Source: Strigamia acuminata (lineage: Eukaryota). Taken from it: 64,000 nucleotides of DNA. A model generated the notes under the pieces. That model searched no databases and had not been told where the DNA came from. It saw only the letters and a program-made list of their open reading frames with translations. The number at the start of each line of letters is the position of its first letter. Position 1 is the first letter of the stretch. This document shows, piece by piece, positions 50,895-64,000 of this stretch. The translations under genes and the position numbers were made by a program. Location: the NCBI GenBank assembly GCA_949358305.1, contig OX442314.1, positions 7,812,001 through 7,876,000 on the forward strand. Direction: 5' to 3'.

Positions 50895-52041
50895 CTGGAA
50901 ATAGTATGGTTTTTAAATGTTTTCGTTTGTGCAAAAATGAAATTTTTTGTGCAAAAATGAAATTTTTTGTGCAAAAATGAAATTTTTTGTGCAAAAATGA
51001 AATTTTTTGTGCAAAAATGAAATTTTTTGTGCAAAAATGAAATTTTTTGTGCAAAAATGAAATTTTTTGTGCAAAAATAAAATTTTTTGTGCAAAAATGA
51101 AATTTTTTTGTGCAAAAATGAAATTTTTTGTGCAAAAGTAGGGGGTTTGTGGCAGTCCTGGACCAGGTGGTTGGTGGTCAGGTGGGGTGGGGGTAGCGAG
51201 GGGTAAGTGGGGGAGGAGATAAGGGGAGGGGGAGATAAGGGGTGGGGGAGATAAGGGGAGGGGGAGATAAGAGGAGGGATATGTGGGGGATGACTAATTG
51301 CTTCAATCAATCAGTCTTATCATTCGATCAACATGTCCTAGGCTATTATTTGTTATTGTTGTTTTTCTTTACTTAAGTACCTTGTTATTGTTTTTCCCAT
51401 CTTTGTCTCTGCTTTGAAATAAAGTACCTTGTTGTTATTTTTCTCAATTTATCTCCAATCTTCAAAGGACCCGAAGACTACTTTTAACCAAAGGAGGGAT
51501 ATTATTGGCTAGACTTCTTAACCAATGGGAAACTAGTATTGTATATATACTTGCAATGTCCTACACACTTCTCTTCTCTTCTTGCAAGTGCTTGGTACTG
51601 TTTGAATCATGGAATTTAACCACATCCACTCTGAATTTGAAGAGTTGCTTATGGAAGTTGAAGAATCTCTCTTTCCTCAAGTAAACACGCCCAATCCTCT
51701 ACCGGATGTTGATGAAGAAAATGGTTACAATGATTCTCCATGTTGGATTTATAATCATTCTTCCATTTACCCACTCTCACCACCTACCATCATCAACCAG
51801 TCTCAACATGTGCCATCTCCAACCATCATCAACCAGTCTCAACTTGTGTCATCTCCAACCTGCGTCATCCAATCTCAACCTGTGTCATCTCAATCATGCA
51901 ATCCATTGTTATCATGTGAGTCTCCCTACCACTACCAATCAAATTTGCACAAAGCAGGAACAAGCAACATCATCAATCCCCCATCTCCTATGACACTAGT
52001 GCAACAAATTGGAGGTGGACAGAAAGTACATTCGTGTGAGT

Positions 52042-52277
52042 ACTGTCATCGACATAAGAGTCAAAGAAGGCGACAAGGTACAAACAACATACTAATTTTC
52101 TTTCAAAATTTCTAAAATTCTTTTTCGCAGGTTGAAAAAGGCGCACCGATGGTCGTCCTCAGCGCCATGAAAATGGAAATGGTGGTCCAAGCGCCCATGA
52201 GTGGAACCATCAAGAAAATCCACATCGCCAAAGACATGAAACTCGAAGGAGATGATTTAGTTCTCGAATTGGAATGA
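52042..52277 (+). pseudogene. Duplicated PC 3' end (terminal exon 52131-52277)
   Basis: Same as 25608-25843. Confidence 0.9.
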
Positions 52278-52647
52278 ACAACCAACTAATCATATCCCTT
52301 CATTTATTTTCTAATTAATTTCAATTTTTGACTGCTTTTATGATCAAACTGCCAATCGGACGAATGAATCGTGTGCAAAACAAATCAGCGGATTCCATGA
52401 TTCCAGTTCTCTCTATTATTATTATATCGTTTAATCGTTCTGACAAATGTATATGTATATATAAGATTTTATCAAGTTGTATCGTTTTCTTCCTTGCAAA
52501 AATCGTGCCTGCGTAATTCAAGTGTCTTCCAAACGTTGAATTTGTAATTTCTAGAATTTGATAAAACTCCGAGGAAATTTAATAACTTTTGTATTTTTTA
52601 ATTTTTATTTCCATAATTACAATCACATTTTACACCAAAACGTCGTT

Positions 52648-55600
52648 TTAATAGTCAAACATGTCGTTTTGCGAGTTGACGACGAATTCGTCGACGGTGG
52701 GTTCCGTCTTAAGCTTTTCGACGCCGAAATTGCTTTGCCACGAACATATCGAGGCCAGGAAACTTTCGTCTTCTTGCGTGAGGTTTTTCTTCATGTCGCC
52801 ATTTTTCCTTTTTTTATTTTCCTTACCGTTCGTTTCTTTCTCTTTTTCGCGTCGCCGCTTCAATTTGCATTGCGTCGAATCGTCTTCGTCTTCGTCTTCG
52901 TTTCGTTTCTTTTCCTTCCGTTTCGCCCTCTTGTTCATCACCGCATTATCATCCTCGACAAAATTTTCCTCGTTTCCGTCTCGTTTTTTCCGTTTCCTGT
53001 GCTTCTCGTGGTCGGAACCGTCCGTTTCGTTCCCGTTTCCGTGTTTCCGTTTCCCCTTTTTACCTTTTGCCACCTCCTTTTCCTCCTGGCGACGTTTCTT
53101 CGCCTTTCTTCCACTTTTTTCGACCACGGGGCTCTTGAGAACCTCCAAACAATCGTCCACCGACGACCGCAAATTCGCAAACACGTCGTCCTCCTCGCTC
53201 GACGCGAACGTCACGTCCATCTGGGGTACGGAATACCCGTCACCGTTCGTACAGACGCTCAAATCGTGGCAAACTTGGACCAATTCGAGCGGGTCGTGAA
53301 ACAAAGTGACTTCGCAGCCCGACAGCCGCTGGCCGGGCTCGAATTGCTCGCAGTAGACGCCATTTTGATTTTCCGGCCTAAATACGTGGTCGTAATGAAT
53401 GAAGTTGGTGTCGCTGTTTAAATTTCCGTCGCCAGAGACCATGACTAGCCGGCTATTTGGTGTTTCGTCGTCGTTGTCGTCGTGGTGGTTAATTGCGACT
53501 ATTCCGCTGAATTCGGGTGTTTCGGCGCTTTGGTCGAGGATTGTGGTGTTGTAGGCCGAGTCGTCGGTTGGTTTGTTTTCGTGTTCGTCTTCGTCGAGAT
53601 CTGTTGTGTCCAGTTTGAGGAATAATTCCAAAATGGAGTCGAGTTTGACGAGGTGTTTTTCGTGGTGTCGGGAAAGTTTGCGCCGAACTTTCTTGGTGTA
53701 TTCGTTTTCTGGAAATGGTATGGGTTTTAAATGTTTTCGTTTGTCAAAAATGCACTTTTGTTAGGCGCAAGAATTCATTTTTTTGGTGTAAAATTATTTT
53801 TTTTGGTGTAAAATTATTTTTTTTGGTATGAAATTATTTTGTTTAATGTAAAATTATTTATTTTTCGTATAAAATAATTTTTTTTGGTGTAAAATTATTT
53901 TTTTTGGTGTAAAATTATTATTTTTTTGGTGTAAAAATGACATTTTTTGGTGTAAAAATGACATTTTTTGGTGTAAAAATGACATTTTTTGGTGTAAAAA
54001 TGTCATTGTTTGGTGTAAAATAGCATTCTTTTGTGCAAAAATGCATCATTTAATGCAAAATTTCATTTTTTTTATGCATCTTTGGTGCAATTAATTTTTT
54101 GGTGTATTTTTGGTTCAAAAATGCAAATCGATTCATTTGGTGCCAAATGCAAAAATCATAAAAAAAGAGTTATATTTTATACCTGTATTTGTCAACGACA
54201 TGAAAACCACCGCCTTGTTAAGAAACAAATCCGCTCTTTGCACACTTTTAATCTTCACTTCCTTCAACACAAAATGGAATTCGGGCCACCAATCGGACCT
54301 ACCCCTCCACAACTCTCCCAACTTCTTAAACTCCGCTCGAACAGGACTAAAAAAAAACATAAAAAACATAAACAAACAAACAAAGAAACCAACAATAATT
54401 TCCTTCACACACAATTGATACAAATTCAATATCCGATTTGCAAAAATATTCCACGCCGACGCGTCATTCTTCCACTGCGGATGATCGATCATATTAAAAT
54501 ACGACTCCAGCTCCAAACAGTTATCCGTCGACTTCAACAACGAAGGAAAATCGAAAATCCTTCTATCACATGGTTTCACCAGTTGCAATTTCTAAAAAAA
54601 AAAATTAAAATTAAATTAATGATACAATGAATATTTTTTTCGTCACCTTTAATGTGGTCACCAACAACGTCCTGAGATGTTTAAAATGTTTACGGACGAA
54701 ATCGTAAAAGAAAATATACGCGTTTGGATTCAACGGGTTCGATTTGCAGTAATTATGCAACGTGACGATCGCTTTTTCTTTCCTATCGCAAAATTCCATC
54801 AACTAAATTAAAAATTATTAATAAAAAACAATTATTTTCGACTTTATCGATTTTTTATTTCGATTTCAAACCTCGAGATATTTCGAAACGAACATGTCCC
54901 AATTGCCGGGCTCCTGAAACAGCGCTTCGAACATCTCGATCGCGTTGTTTGCCAAACTTCCACGCTCGTGGATCTGTAAACGCGTTTGTCGTTCTTGCGA
55001 ATCTAAAAAAAAAAAAATTAATCAAATCGATTTAATATGAGATTATGAATGAAATCGATTTAATATGAGATTATGAATGAAATCGATTTACAGATGTCGT
55101 CTTCGTCGTTTTGTCCGATTCCTTCTTCGCTGGTCACCCAATCGATGTATTTACACAGCGCTTTGTAAGCTTTGAGTATGGTAAACACATGTTTTTGTTT
55201 TTCGTTCAGTTTGGGAATGAAAATTTTCTTTAAAACGGTTTCGTCCTGTGAAAAAATGATTGAAATTATTAAAAATTACGATTTTGGAGTTTGGAAATGA
55301 GAAAAATGAGAAAAATTACTTCAATTATTTGTTTGGCGGTTACGAAATCGCCGTTTATTAGCAGCACCATTACGTTTTTCAAAATGGACGCCGGGTGGAA
55401 GACTTTGTCCATTCTGGCCATCGAACTGAAACAAGCAAAATTTAAAAAAATTTATAACTATTGAAAATTATGGGGGAAAAAATTACGTACTTTGAAAATT
55501 GATTTAATAATTCGTAATTCGATCTAGAATGATTGCAAAATACTTGAAATCCAGCCTGTAATTAAGCAGGAAAAGATCGTAAATGTTTAAGATGACGTAT

Positions 55601-55752
55601 AATTTAGTTTTTCACCATTGCTATTATCTCGGAAGTGCGATCCGTTTCGTATGTTAACGCGTTTAATATTTTCGCGGCGGCTTTCCACCGATGACAAACG
55701 ATGGTTTCCTTCAACATGGCAATTTGTCTTTGAGACCAAAGCGTTAACGGCC
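52648..55752 (-). CDS. TAF1A: TAF1A-like copy 5
   Basis: Appears identical to copy 4 (LKSTDN variant). Confidence 0.8.
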
Positions 55753-58258
55753 CTAAAATCAAACAAAAATAGTAAAAAATCATAAAAAACGTCAAAAAAA
55801 AGTAAAAAAATATATTAAAAACGTCAAAAAAAGTAAAAATATATATGAAAAAAGTCGAAAAATGTTTAAAAATAACAAAAAAAAGTCTAAAAATATTTTA
55901 AAAACTTCTAAAAATGTAAAAATATTTTAAAAACTTCTAAAAATGTAAAAATATTTTAAAAACTTCTAAAAATGTAAAAATATTTTAAGTACGTCTAAAA
56001 ATATCAAGAAATGTCAAAAAAGTTTCAAAATATCAAAAAACGTCTGAAAATATCAAAAAACGTCTGAAAATATCAAAAAACGTCTGAAAATATCAAAAAA
56101 CGTCTGAAAACATCAAAAAACGTCTGAAAATATCAAAAAACGTCTCAAAATATATTAAAAACGTCTAACAATATATTAAAGACGTTGGGTTAGGTTAGGT
56201 AAAGGCACGTTAGGTTAGGTTACGTTACGTTAGGTTAAGGGCACGTTAGGTTAGGGCACGTTAGGCTACAATTTTGTTCAAAAATGTCAAAAATTTTAGA
56301 AACTTTTAGAAATTTGACAAAAGTTTGTAGAAGTTTGGCAAAAATTTGTGGAAAAAAAGGCCAAAACTGGAGGAAAAGGCAAACTTTAGGGGAAAAAAAG
56401 GCAAAAATTGACAAAAATTTGGAGAAAAAAAAGGCAAATGTTGGGGAAACAAGGCAATATTTGAAAAAAATTGGACAAGTTTGACAAAAGAAATTGTAGA
56501 AATTTGACAAAAAAAAATTGACAAAATATTGACAAGATTTCGCGAGTTTGTTCAACATTTTATTGTTTGATATTTCATCATATTTCGCGTTTTGAATGAA
56601 AATGAAAATTTAGCACCAAACAGGGAGAATGATTTACCGCACGAGGACAAAATCAATTGAAACTCAGTTGAAAAATGGTAAAATTTCACAAAATTTTCAG
56701 TAAAAATTCGCAAAACTACAAAATTTTATTGAAAAAAACCCAGAACTTGAGAAAATTTTATTGAAAAATCCCAAAACTTGAGAAAATTTCATTGAAAAAT
56801 CCCAAAACTGGAGAAAATTTTATTGAAAAATCCGAAAACATGAGAAAATTTTATTGAAATATCCCAAAACTTGAGAAACTTTTATTGAAAAATCCCAAAA
56901 CTTGAGAAAATTTCATTGAAAAATCCGAAAACATGAGAAAATTTTATTGAAAAATCCGAAAACATGAGAAAATTTTATTGAAATATCCCAAAACTTGAGA
57001 AACTTTTATTGAAAAATCCCAAAACTTGAGAAAATTTCAGTAGCTGCATTCAAAAATAAAAATAACAATTTTAGTTTAAGTGTATTTTAAGTTTTAACAT
57101 GGGTTTAAACAAGAAATGATGTCATTTTTGGTTTAAAATGGAAGTAAAACACAAAATATTTTAGTTTTTGAATGCAGCTAGCAAAAAAAAATGATAAAAC
57201 ACTTCAAATTTCCAACAAATCTCATAAAATTCCCCAACGTCCCCAATGAATTGGCTCAAACACAATAAATAAATAAATAAACACAATAAATACAATAAAA
57301 AATACAATAAATACTTTATTATGTGCTCATTTATCCGGACTAAAAACAACATCAAACAACACATTTCAATTCTAGTAGTGAACCGCCGAGTCGAGTGTGA
57401 TCACGCTCAACAATCACAATTCACAACAATTCGCGATTCAAAATGGCTCCTAACCATAACTCACTCGCTCGAGCTCCTCGATCAGTCCTCACCCGACCCA
57501 GTCTCATTATGAAATGGCATAATCCTGTGCAAGCCACTCGCCCTTATATCACCTAGACTATATATAGTAGTAGTACAGATACATAAAGACCTATACTTAT
57601 AGTATAATAATATAATGTTTTGTACATAAGTAAATATTTCTAGGCTTAAGTTTAACATGCAATTGCATGTTAATCTGGGAACAAGTAGAGAATGTGACGT
57701 TTTCAATACTGCTCCAAGATCATTACATCATCAGATCAGCTTTTAAAAAGTCCCTACAATGGATACCCTCAAACCCTCACTTGTCAGACATCAAATTGAA
57801 CAAATGCAACGAGCGGAACCATCAAGAAAATCCACATCGCCAAAGCCGAAGTTAGGAGACGATTTAGTTCTCGAATTGGAATGAACAACTAATTAATCAG
57901 TATCCCTTCATTTATTATTTTCTAATTAATTTCAATTTTTGACTGCTTTTATGATCAAACTGCCAATCGGACGAATGAATCGTGTGCAAAACAAATCAGC
58001 GGATTCCATGATTCCAGTTCTCTCTATTATTATTATATCGTTTAATCGTTCTGACAAATGTATATATATATATAAGATTTTATCAAGTTGTATCGTTTTC
58101 TTCCTTGCAAAAATCGTGCCTGCGTAATTCAAGTGTCTTCCAAACGTTGAATTTGTAATTTCTAGAATTTGATAAAACTCCGAGGAAATTTAATAACTTT
58201 TGTATTTTTTAATTTTTATTTCCATAATTACAATCACATTTTACACCAAAACGTCGTT

Positions 58259-61200
58259 TTAATAGTCAAACATGTCGTTTTGCGAGTTGACGACGAATTC
58301 GTCGACGGTGGGTTCCGTCTTAAGCTTTTCGACGCCGAAATTGCTTTGCCACGAACATATCGAGGCCAGGAAACTTTCGTCTTCTTGCGTGAGGTTTTTC
58401 TTCATGTCGCCATTTTTCCTTTTTTTATTTTCCTTACCGTTCGTTTCTTTCTCTTTTTCGCGTCGCCGCTTCAATTTGCATTGCGTCGAATCGTCTTCGT
58501 CTTCGTCTTCGTTTCGTTTCTTTTCCTTCCGTTTCGCCCTCTTGTTCATCACCGCATTATCATCCTCGACAAAATTTTCCTCGTTTCCGTCTCGTTTTTT
58601 CCGTTTCCTGTGCTTCTCGTGGTCGGAACCGTCCGTTTCGTTCCCGTTTCCGTGTTTCCGTTTCCCCTTTTTACCTTTTGCCACCTCCTTTTCCTCCTGG
58701 CGACGTTTCTTCGCCTTTCTTCCACTTTTTTCGACCACGGGGCTCTTGAGAACCTCCAAACAATCGTCCACCGACGACCGCAAATTCGCAAACACGTCGT
58801 CCTCCTCGCTCGACGCGAACGTCACGTCCATCTGGGGTACGGAATACCCGTCACCGTTCGTACAGACGCTCAAATCGTGGCAAACTTGGACCAATTCGAG
58901 CGGGTCGTGGAACAAAGTGACTTCGCAGCCCGACAGCCGCTGGCCGGGCTCGAATTGCTCGCAGTAGACGCCATTTTGATTTTCCGGCCTAAATACGTGG
59001 TCGTAATGAATGAAGTTGGTGTCGCTGTTTAAATTTCCGTCGCCAGAGACCATGACTAGCCGGCTATTTGGTGTTTCGTCGTCGTTGTCGTCGTGGTGGT
59101 TAATTGCGACTATTCCGCTGAATTCGGGTGTTTCGGCGCTTTGGTCGAGGATTGTGGTGTTGTAGGCCGAGTCGTCGGTTGGTTTGTTTTCGTGTTCGTC
59201 TTCGTCGAGATCTGCTGTGTCCAGTTTGAGGAATAATTCCAAAATGGAGTCGAGTTTGACGAGGTGTTTTTCGTGGTGTCGGGAAAGTTTGCGCCGAACT
59301 TTCTTGGTGTATTCGTTTTCTGGAAATGGTATGGGTTTTAAATGTTTTCGTTTGTCAAAAATGCACTTTTGTTAGGCGCAAGAATTCATTTTTTTGGTGT
59401 AAAATTATTTTTTTTGGTGTAAAATTATTTTTTTTGGTATGAAATTATTTTGTTTAATGTAAAATTATTTATTTTTCGTATAAAATAATTTTTTTTGGTG
59501 TAAAATTATTTTTTTTGGTGTAAAATTATTATTTTTTTGGTGTAAAAATGACATTTTTTGGTGTAAAAATGACATTTTTTGGTGTAAAAATGACATTTTT
59601 TGGTGTAAAAATGTCATTGTTTGGTGTAAAATAGCATTCTTTTGTGCAAAAATGCATCATTTAATGCAAAATTTCATTTTTTTTATGCATCTTTGGTGCA
59701 ATTAATTTTTTGGTGTATTTTTGGTTCAAAAATGCAAATCGATTCATTTGGTGCCAAATGCAAAAATCATAAAAAAAGAGTTATATTTTATACCTGTATT
59801 TGTCAACGACATGAAAACCACCGCCTTGTTAAGAAACAAATCCGCTCTTTGCACACTTTTAATCTTCACTTCCTTCAACACAAAATGGAATTCGGGCCAC
59901 CAATCGGACCTACCCCTCCACAACTCTCCCAACTTCTTAAACTCCGCTCGAACAGGACTAAAAAAAAACATAAAAAACATAAACAAACAAACAAAGAAAC
60001 CAACAATAATTTCCTTCACACACAATTGATACAAATTCAATATCCGATTTGCAAAAATATTCCACGCCGACGCGTCATTCTTCCACTGCGGATGATCGAT
60101 CATATTAAAATACGACTCCAGCTCCAAACAGTTATTCGTCGACCTCAACAACGAAGGAAAATCGAAAATCCTTCTATCACATGGTTTCACCAGTTGCAAT
60201 TTCTAAAAAAAAAAATTAAAATTAAATTAATGATACAATGAATATTTTTTTCGTCACCTTTAATGTGGTCACCAACAACGTCCTGAGATGTTTAAAATGT
60301 TTACGGACGAAATCGTAAAAGAAAATATACGCGTTTGGATTCAACGGGTTCGATTTGCAGTAATTATGCAACGTGACGATCGCTTTTTCTTTCCTATCGC
60401 AAAATTCCATCAACTAAATTAAAAATTATTAATAAAAAACAATTATTTTCGACTTTATCGATTTTTTATTTCGATTTCAAACCTCGAGATATTTCGAAAC
60501 GAACATGTCCCAATTGCCGGGCTCCTGAAACAGCGCTTCGAACATCTCGATCGCGTTGTTTGCCAAACTTCCACGCTCGTGGATCTGTAAACGCGTTTGT
60601 CGTTCTTGCGAATCTAAAAAAAAAAAAATTAATCAAATCGATTTAATATGAGATTATGAATGAAATCGATTTAATATGAGATTATGAATGAAATCGATTT
60701 ACAGATGTCGTCTTCGTCGTTTTGTCCGATTCCTTCTTCGCTGGTCACCCAATCGATGTATTTACACAGCGCTTTGTAAGCTTTGAGTATGGTAAACACA
60801 TGTTTTTGTTTTTCGTTCAGTTTGGGAATGAAAATTTTCTTTAAAACGGTTTCGTCCTGTGAAAAAATGATTGAAATTATTAAAAATTACGATTTTGGAG
60901 TTTGGAAATGAGAAAAATGAGAAAAATTACTTCAATTATTTGTTTGGCGGTTACGAAATCGCCGTTTATTAGCAGCACCATTACGTTTTTCAAAATGGAC
61001 GCCGGGTGGAAGACTTTGTCCATTCTGGCCATCGAACTGAAACAAGCAAAATTTAAAAAAATTTATAACTATTGAAAATTATGGGGGAAAAAATTACGTA
61101 CTTTGAAAATTGATTTAATAATTCGTAATTCGATCTAGAATGATTGCAAAATACTTGAAATCCAGCCTGTAATTAAGCAGGAAAAGATCGTAAATGTTTA

Positions 61201-61363
61201 AGATGACGTATAATTTAGTTTTTCACCATTGCTATTATCTCGGAAGTGCGATCCGTTTCGTATGTTAACGCGTTTAATATTTTCGCGGCGGCTTTCCACC
61301 GATGACAAACGATGGTTTCCTTCAACATGGCAATTTGTCTTTGAGACCAAAGCGTTAACGGCC
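58259..61363 (-). CDS. TAF1A: TAF1A-like copy 6
   Basis: Same exon structure; LDTAD and LRSTNN variants. Confidence 0.8.
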
Positions 61364-63875
61364 CTAAAATCAAACAAAAATAGTAAAAAATCATAAAAAA
61401 CGTCAAAAAAAAGTAAAAAAATATATTAAAAACGTCAAAAAAAGTAAAAATATATATGAAAAAAGTCGAAAAATGTTTAAAAATAACAAAAAAAAGTCTA
61501 AAAATATTTTAAAAACTTCTAAAAATGTAAAAATATTTTAAAAACTTCTAAAAATGTAAAAATATTTTAAAAACTTCTAAAAATGTAAAAATATTTTAAG
61601 TACGTCTAAAAATATCAAGAAATGTCAAAAAAGTTTCAAAATATCAAAAAACGTCTGAAAATATCAAAAAACGTCTGAAAATATCAAAAAACGTCTGAAA
61701 ATATCAAAAAACGTCTGAAAACATCAAAAAACGTCTGAAAATATCAAAAAACGTCTCAAAATATATTAAAAACGTCTAACAATATATTAAAGACGTTGGG
61801 TTAGGTTAGGTAAAGGCACGTTAGGTTAGGTTACGTTACGTTAGGTTAAGGGCACGTTAGGTTAGGGCACGTTAGGCTACAATTTTGTTCAAAAATGTCA
61901 AAAATTTTAGAAACTTTTAGAAATTTGACAAAAGTTTGTAGAAGTTTGGCAAAAATTTGTGGAAAAAAAGGCCAAAACTGGAGGAAAAGGCAAACTTTAG
62001 GGGAAAAAAAGGCAAAAATTGACAAAAATTTGGAGAAAAAAAAGGCAAATGTTGGGGAAACAAGGCAATATTTGAAAAAAATTGGACAAGTTTGACAAAA
62101 GAAATTGTAGAAATTTGACAAAAAAAAATTGACAAAATATTGACAAGATTTCGCGAGTTTGTTCAACATTTTATTGTTTGATATTTCATCATATTTCGCG
62201 TTTTGAATGAAAATGAAAATTTAGCACCAAACAGGGAGAATGATTTACCGCACGAGGACAAAATCAATTGAAACTCAGTTGAAAAATGGTAAAATTTCAC
62301 AAAATTTTCAGTAAAAATTCGCAAAACTACAAAATTTTATTGAAAAAAACCCAGAACTTGAGAAAATTTTATTGAAAAATCCCAAAACTTGAGAAAATTT
62401 CATTGAAAAATCCCAAAACTGGAGAAAATTTTATTGAAAAATCCGAAAACATGAGAAAATTTTATTGAAATATCCCAAAACTTGAGAAACTTTTATTGAA
62501 AAATCCCAAAACTTGAGAAAATTTCATTGAAAAATCCGAAAACATGAGAAAATTTTATTGAAAAATCCGAAAACATGAGAAAATTTTATTGAAATATCCC
62601 AAAACTTGAGAAACTTTTATTGAAAAATCCCAAAACTTGAGAAAATTTCAGTAGCTGCATTCAAAAATAAAAATAACAATTTTAGTTTAAGTGTATTTTA
62701 AGTTTTAACATGGGTTTAAACAAGAAATGATGTCATTTTTGGTTTAAAATGGAAGTAAAACACAAAATATTTTAGTTTTTGAATGCAGCTAGCAAAAAAA
62801 AATGATAAAACACTTCAAATTTCCAACAAATCTCATAAAATTCCCCAACGTCCCCAATGAATTGGCTCAAACACAATAAATAAATAAATAAACACAATAA
62901 ATACAATAAAAAATACAATAAATACTTTATTATGTGCTCATTTATCCGGACTAAAAACAACATCAAACAACACATTTCAATTCTAGTAGTGAACCGCCGA
63001 GTCGAGTGTGATCACGCTCAACAATCACAATTCACAACAATTCGCGATTCAAAATGGCTCCTAACCATAACTCACTCGCTCGAGCTCCTCGATCAGTCCT
63101 CACCCGACCCAGTCTCATTATGAAATGGCATAATCCTGTGCAAGCCACTCGCCCTTATATCACCTAGACTATATATAGTAGTAGTACAGATACATAAAGA
63201 CCTATACTTATAGTATAATAATATAATGTTTTGTACATAAGTAAATATTTCTAGGCTTAAGTTTAACATGCAATTGCATGTTAATCTGGGAACAAGTAGA
63301 GAATGTGACGTTTTCAATACTGCTCCAAGATCATTACATCATCAGATCAGCTTTTAAAAAGTCCCTACAATGGATACCCTCAAACCCTCACTTGTCAGAC
63401 ATCAAATTGAACAAATGCAACGAGCGGAACCATCAAGAAAATCCACATCGCCAAAGCCGAAGTTAGGAGACGATTTAGTTCTCGAATTGGAATGAACAAC
63501 TAATTAATCAGTATCCCTTCATTTATTATTTTCTAATTAATTTCAATTTTTGAGTGCTTTATCAAACTGCCAATCGGACGAATCGTGTGCAAAACAAATC
63601 AGCGAATTCCATGATTCCAGTTCTCTATTATATCGTTTAATCGTTCTGACAAATGTGTATATATATATATATAAGATTTATCAAGTTGTATCGTTTTCTT
63701 CCTTGCAAAAATCGTGCCTGCGTAATTCAAAGTGTCTTCCAAACGTTTTATTTCTCTGTAGTTTCTAGAATTTGATAAAAATCAAAGAAAATTTATAAAT
63801 CGAAAAATAATTTTCGTTTTTTAATTTTTATTTCCATAATTACAATCACATTTACACCAAAACGTCGTTTTAAAG

Positions 63876-64000
63876 TCAAACATGTCGTTTTACGACTATT
63901 CCGCTGAATTCGGGTGTTTCGACGCTTTGGTCGAGGATTGTGGTGTTGTAGGCCGAGTCGTCGGTTGGTTTGTTTTCGTGTTCGTCTTCGTCGAGATCTG
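63876..64000 (-). pseudogene. Deleted TAF1A-like last exon (module A4, cut by window end)
   Basis: Carries the diagnostic deletion junction GTCGTTTTACGACTATTCC. Confidence 0.8.

Larger units (their letters stand above)
23888..64000. repeat. Tandem segmental duplication array, modules A (~2 kb) and B (~5.6 kb)
   Basis: Junction CAAC|GAGCGGAACC recurs at 31417, 36988, 42599, 50205, 57811 and 63422 (periods 5571, 5611, 7606, 7606, 5611). The ORF track repeats near-identically. Confidence 0.98.

Noticed and set aside
23888..64000. Whole array as an assembly artefact
   Set aside because: Copies have private indels and SNPs. The two 7606-bp units look identical, so exact copy number still needs read support.

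Overview
AT-rich animal genomic DNA, probably arthropod (TTAGG-like repeats; species not determined), with spliceosomal introns. The left 24 kb holds three compact genes. (1) An unrecognised 3-exon Q/S/G/N-rich micro-protein ending in a p97-binding SHP-box-like motif (2538-3377, +). (2) An ENTPD5/6-type NTPDase (3775-7872, -). (3) A complete 14-exon pyruvate carboxylase (9104-23887, +), whose introns carry ~20-22/31/41-bp A/T-tract satellites and nested MITEs. From ~23.9 kb to the window end is a near-identical tandem array of two modules in the order A-B-B-B-A-B-A-B-B-A(partial). Module B (~5.6 kb) carries a TAF1A (Pol I SL1 subunit TAFI48)-like gene: six copies, one frameshifted, 5' exon unresolved. 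Module A (~2 kb) carries a deleted TAF1A last exon, a G-rich tract, a CpG-poor foreign ORF fragment and an intact duplicate of the PC biotin-lysine terminal exon. Exon models were spliced by hand; no database searches were run.
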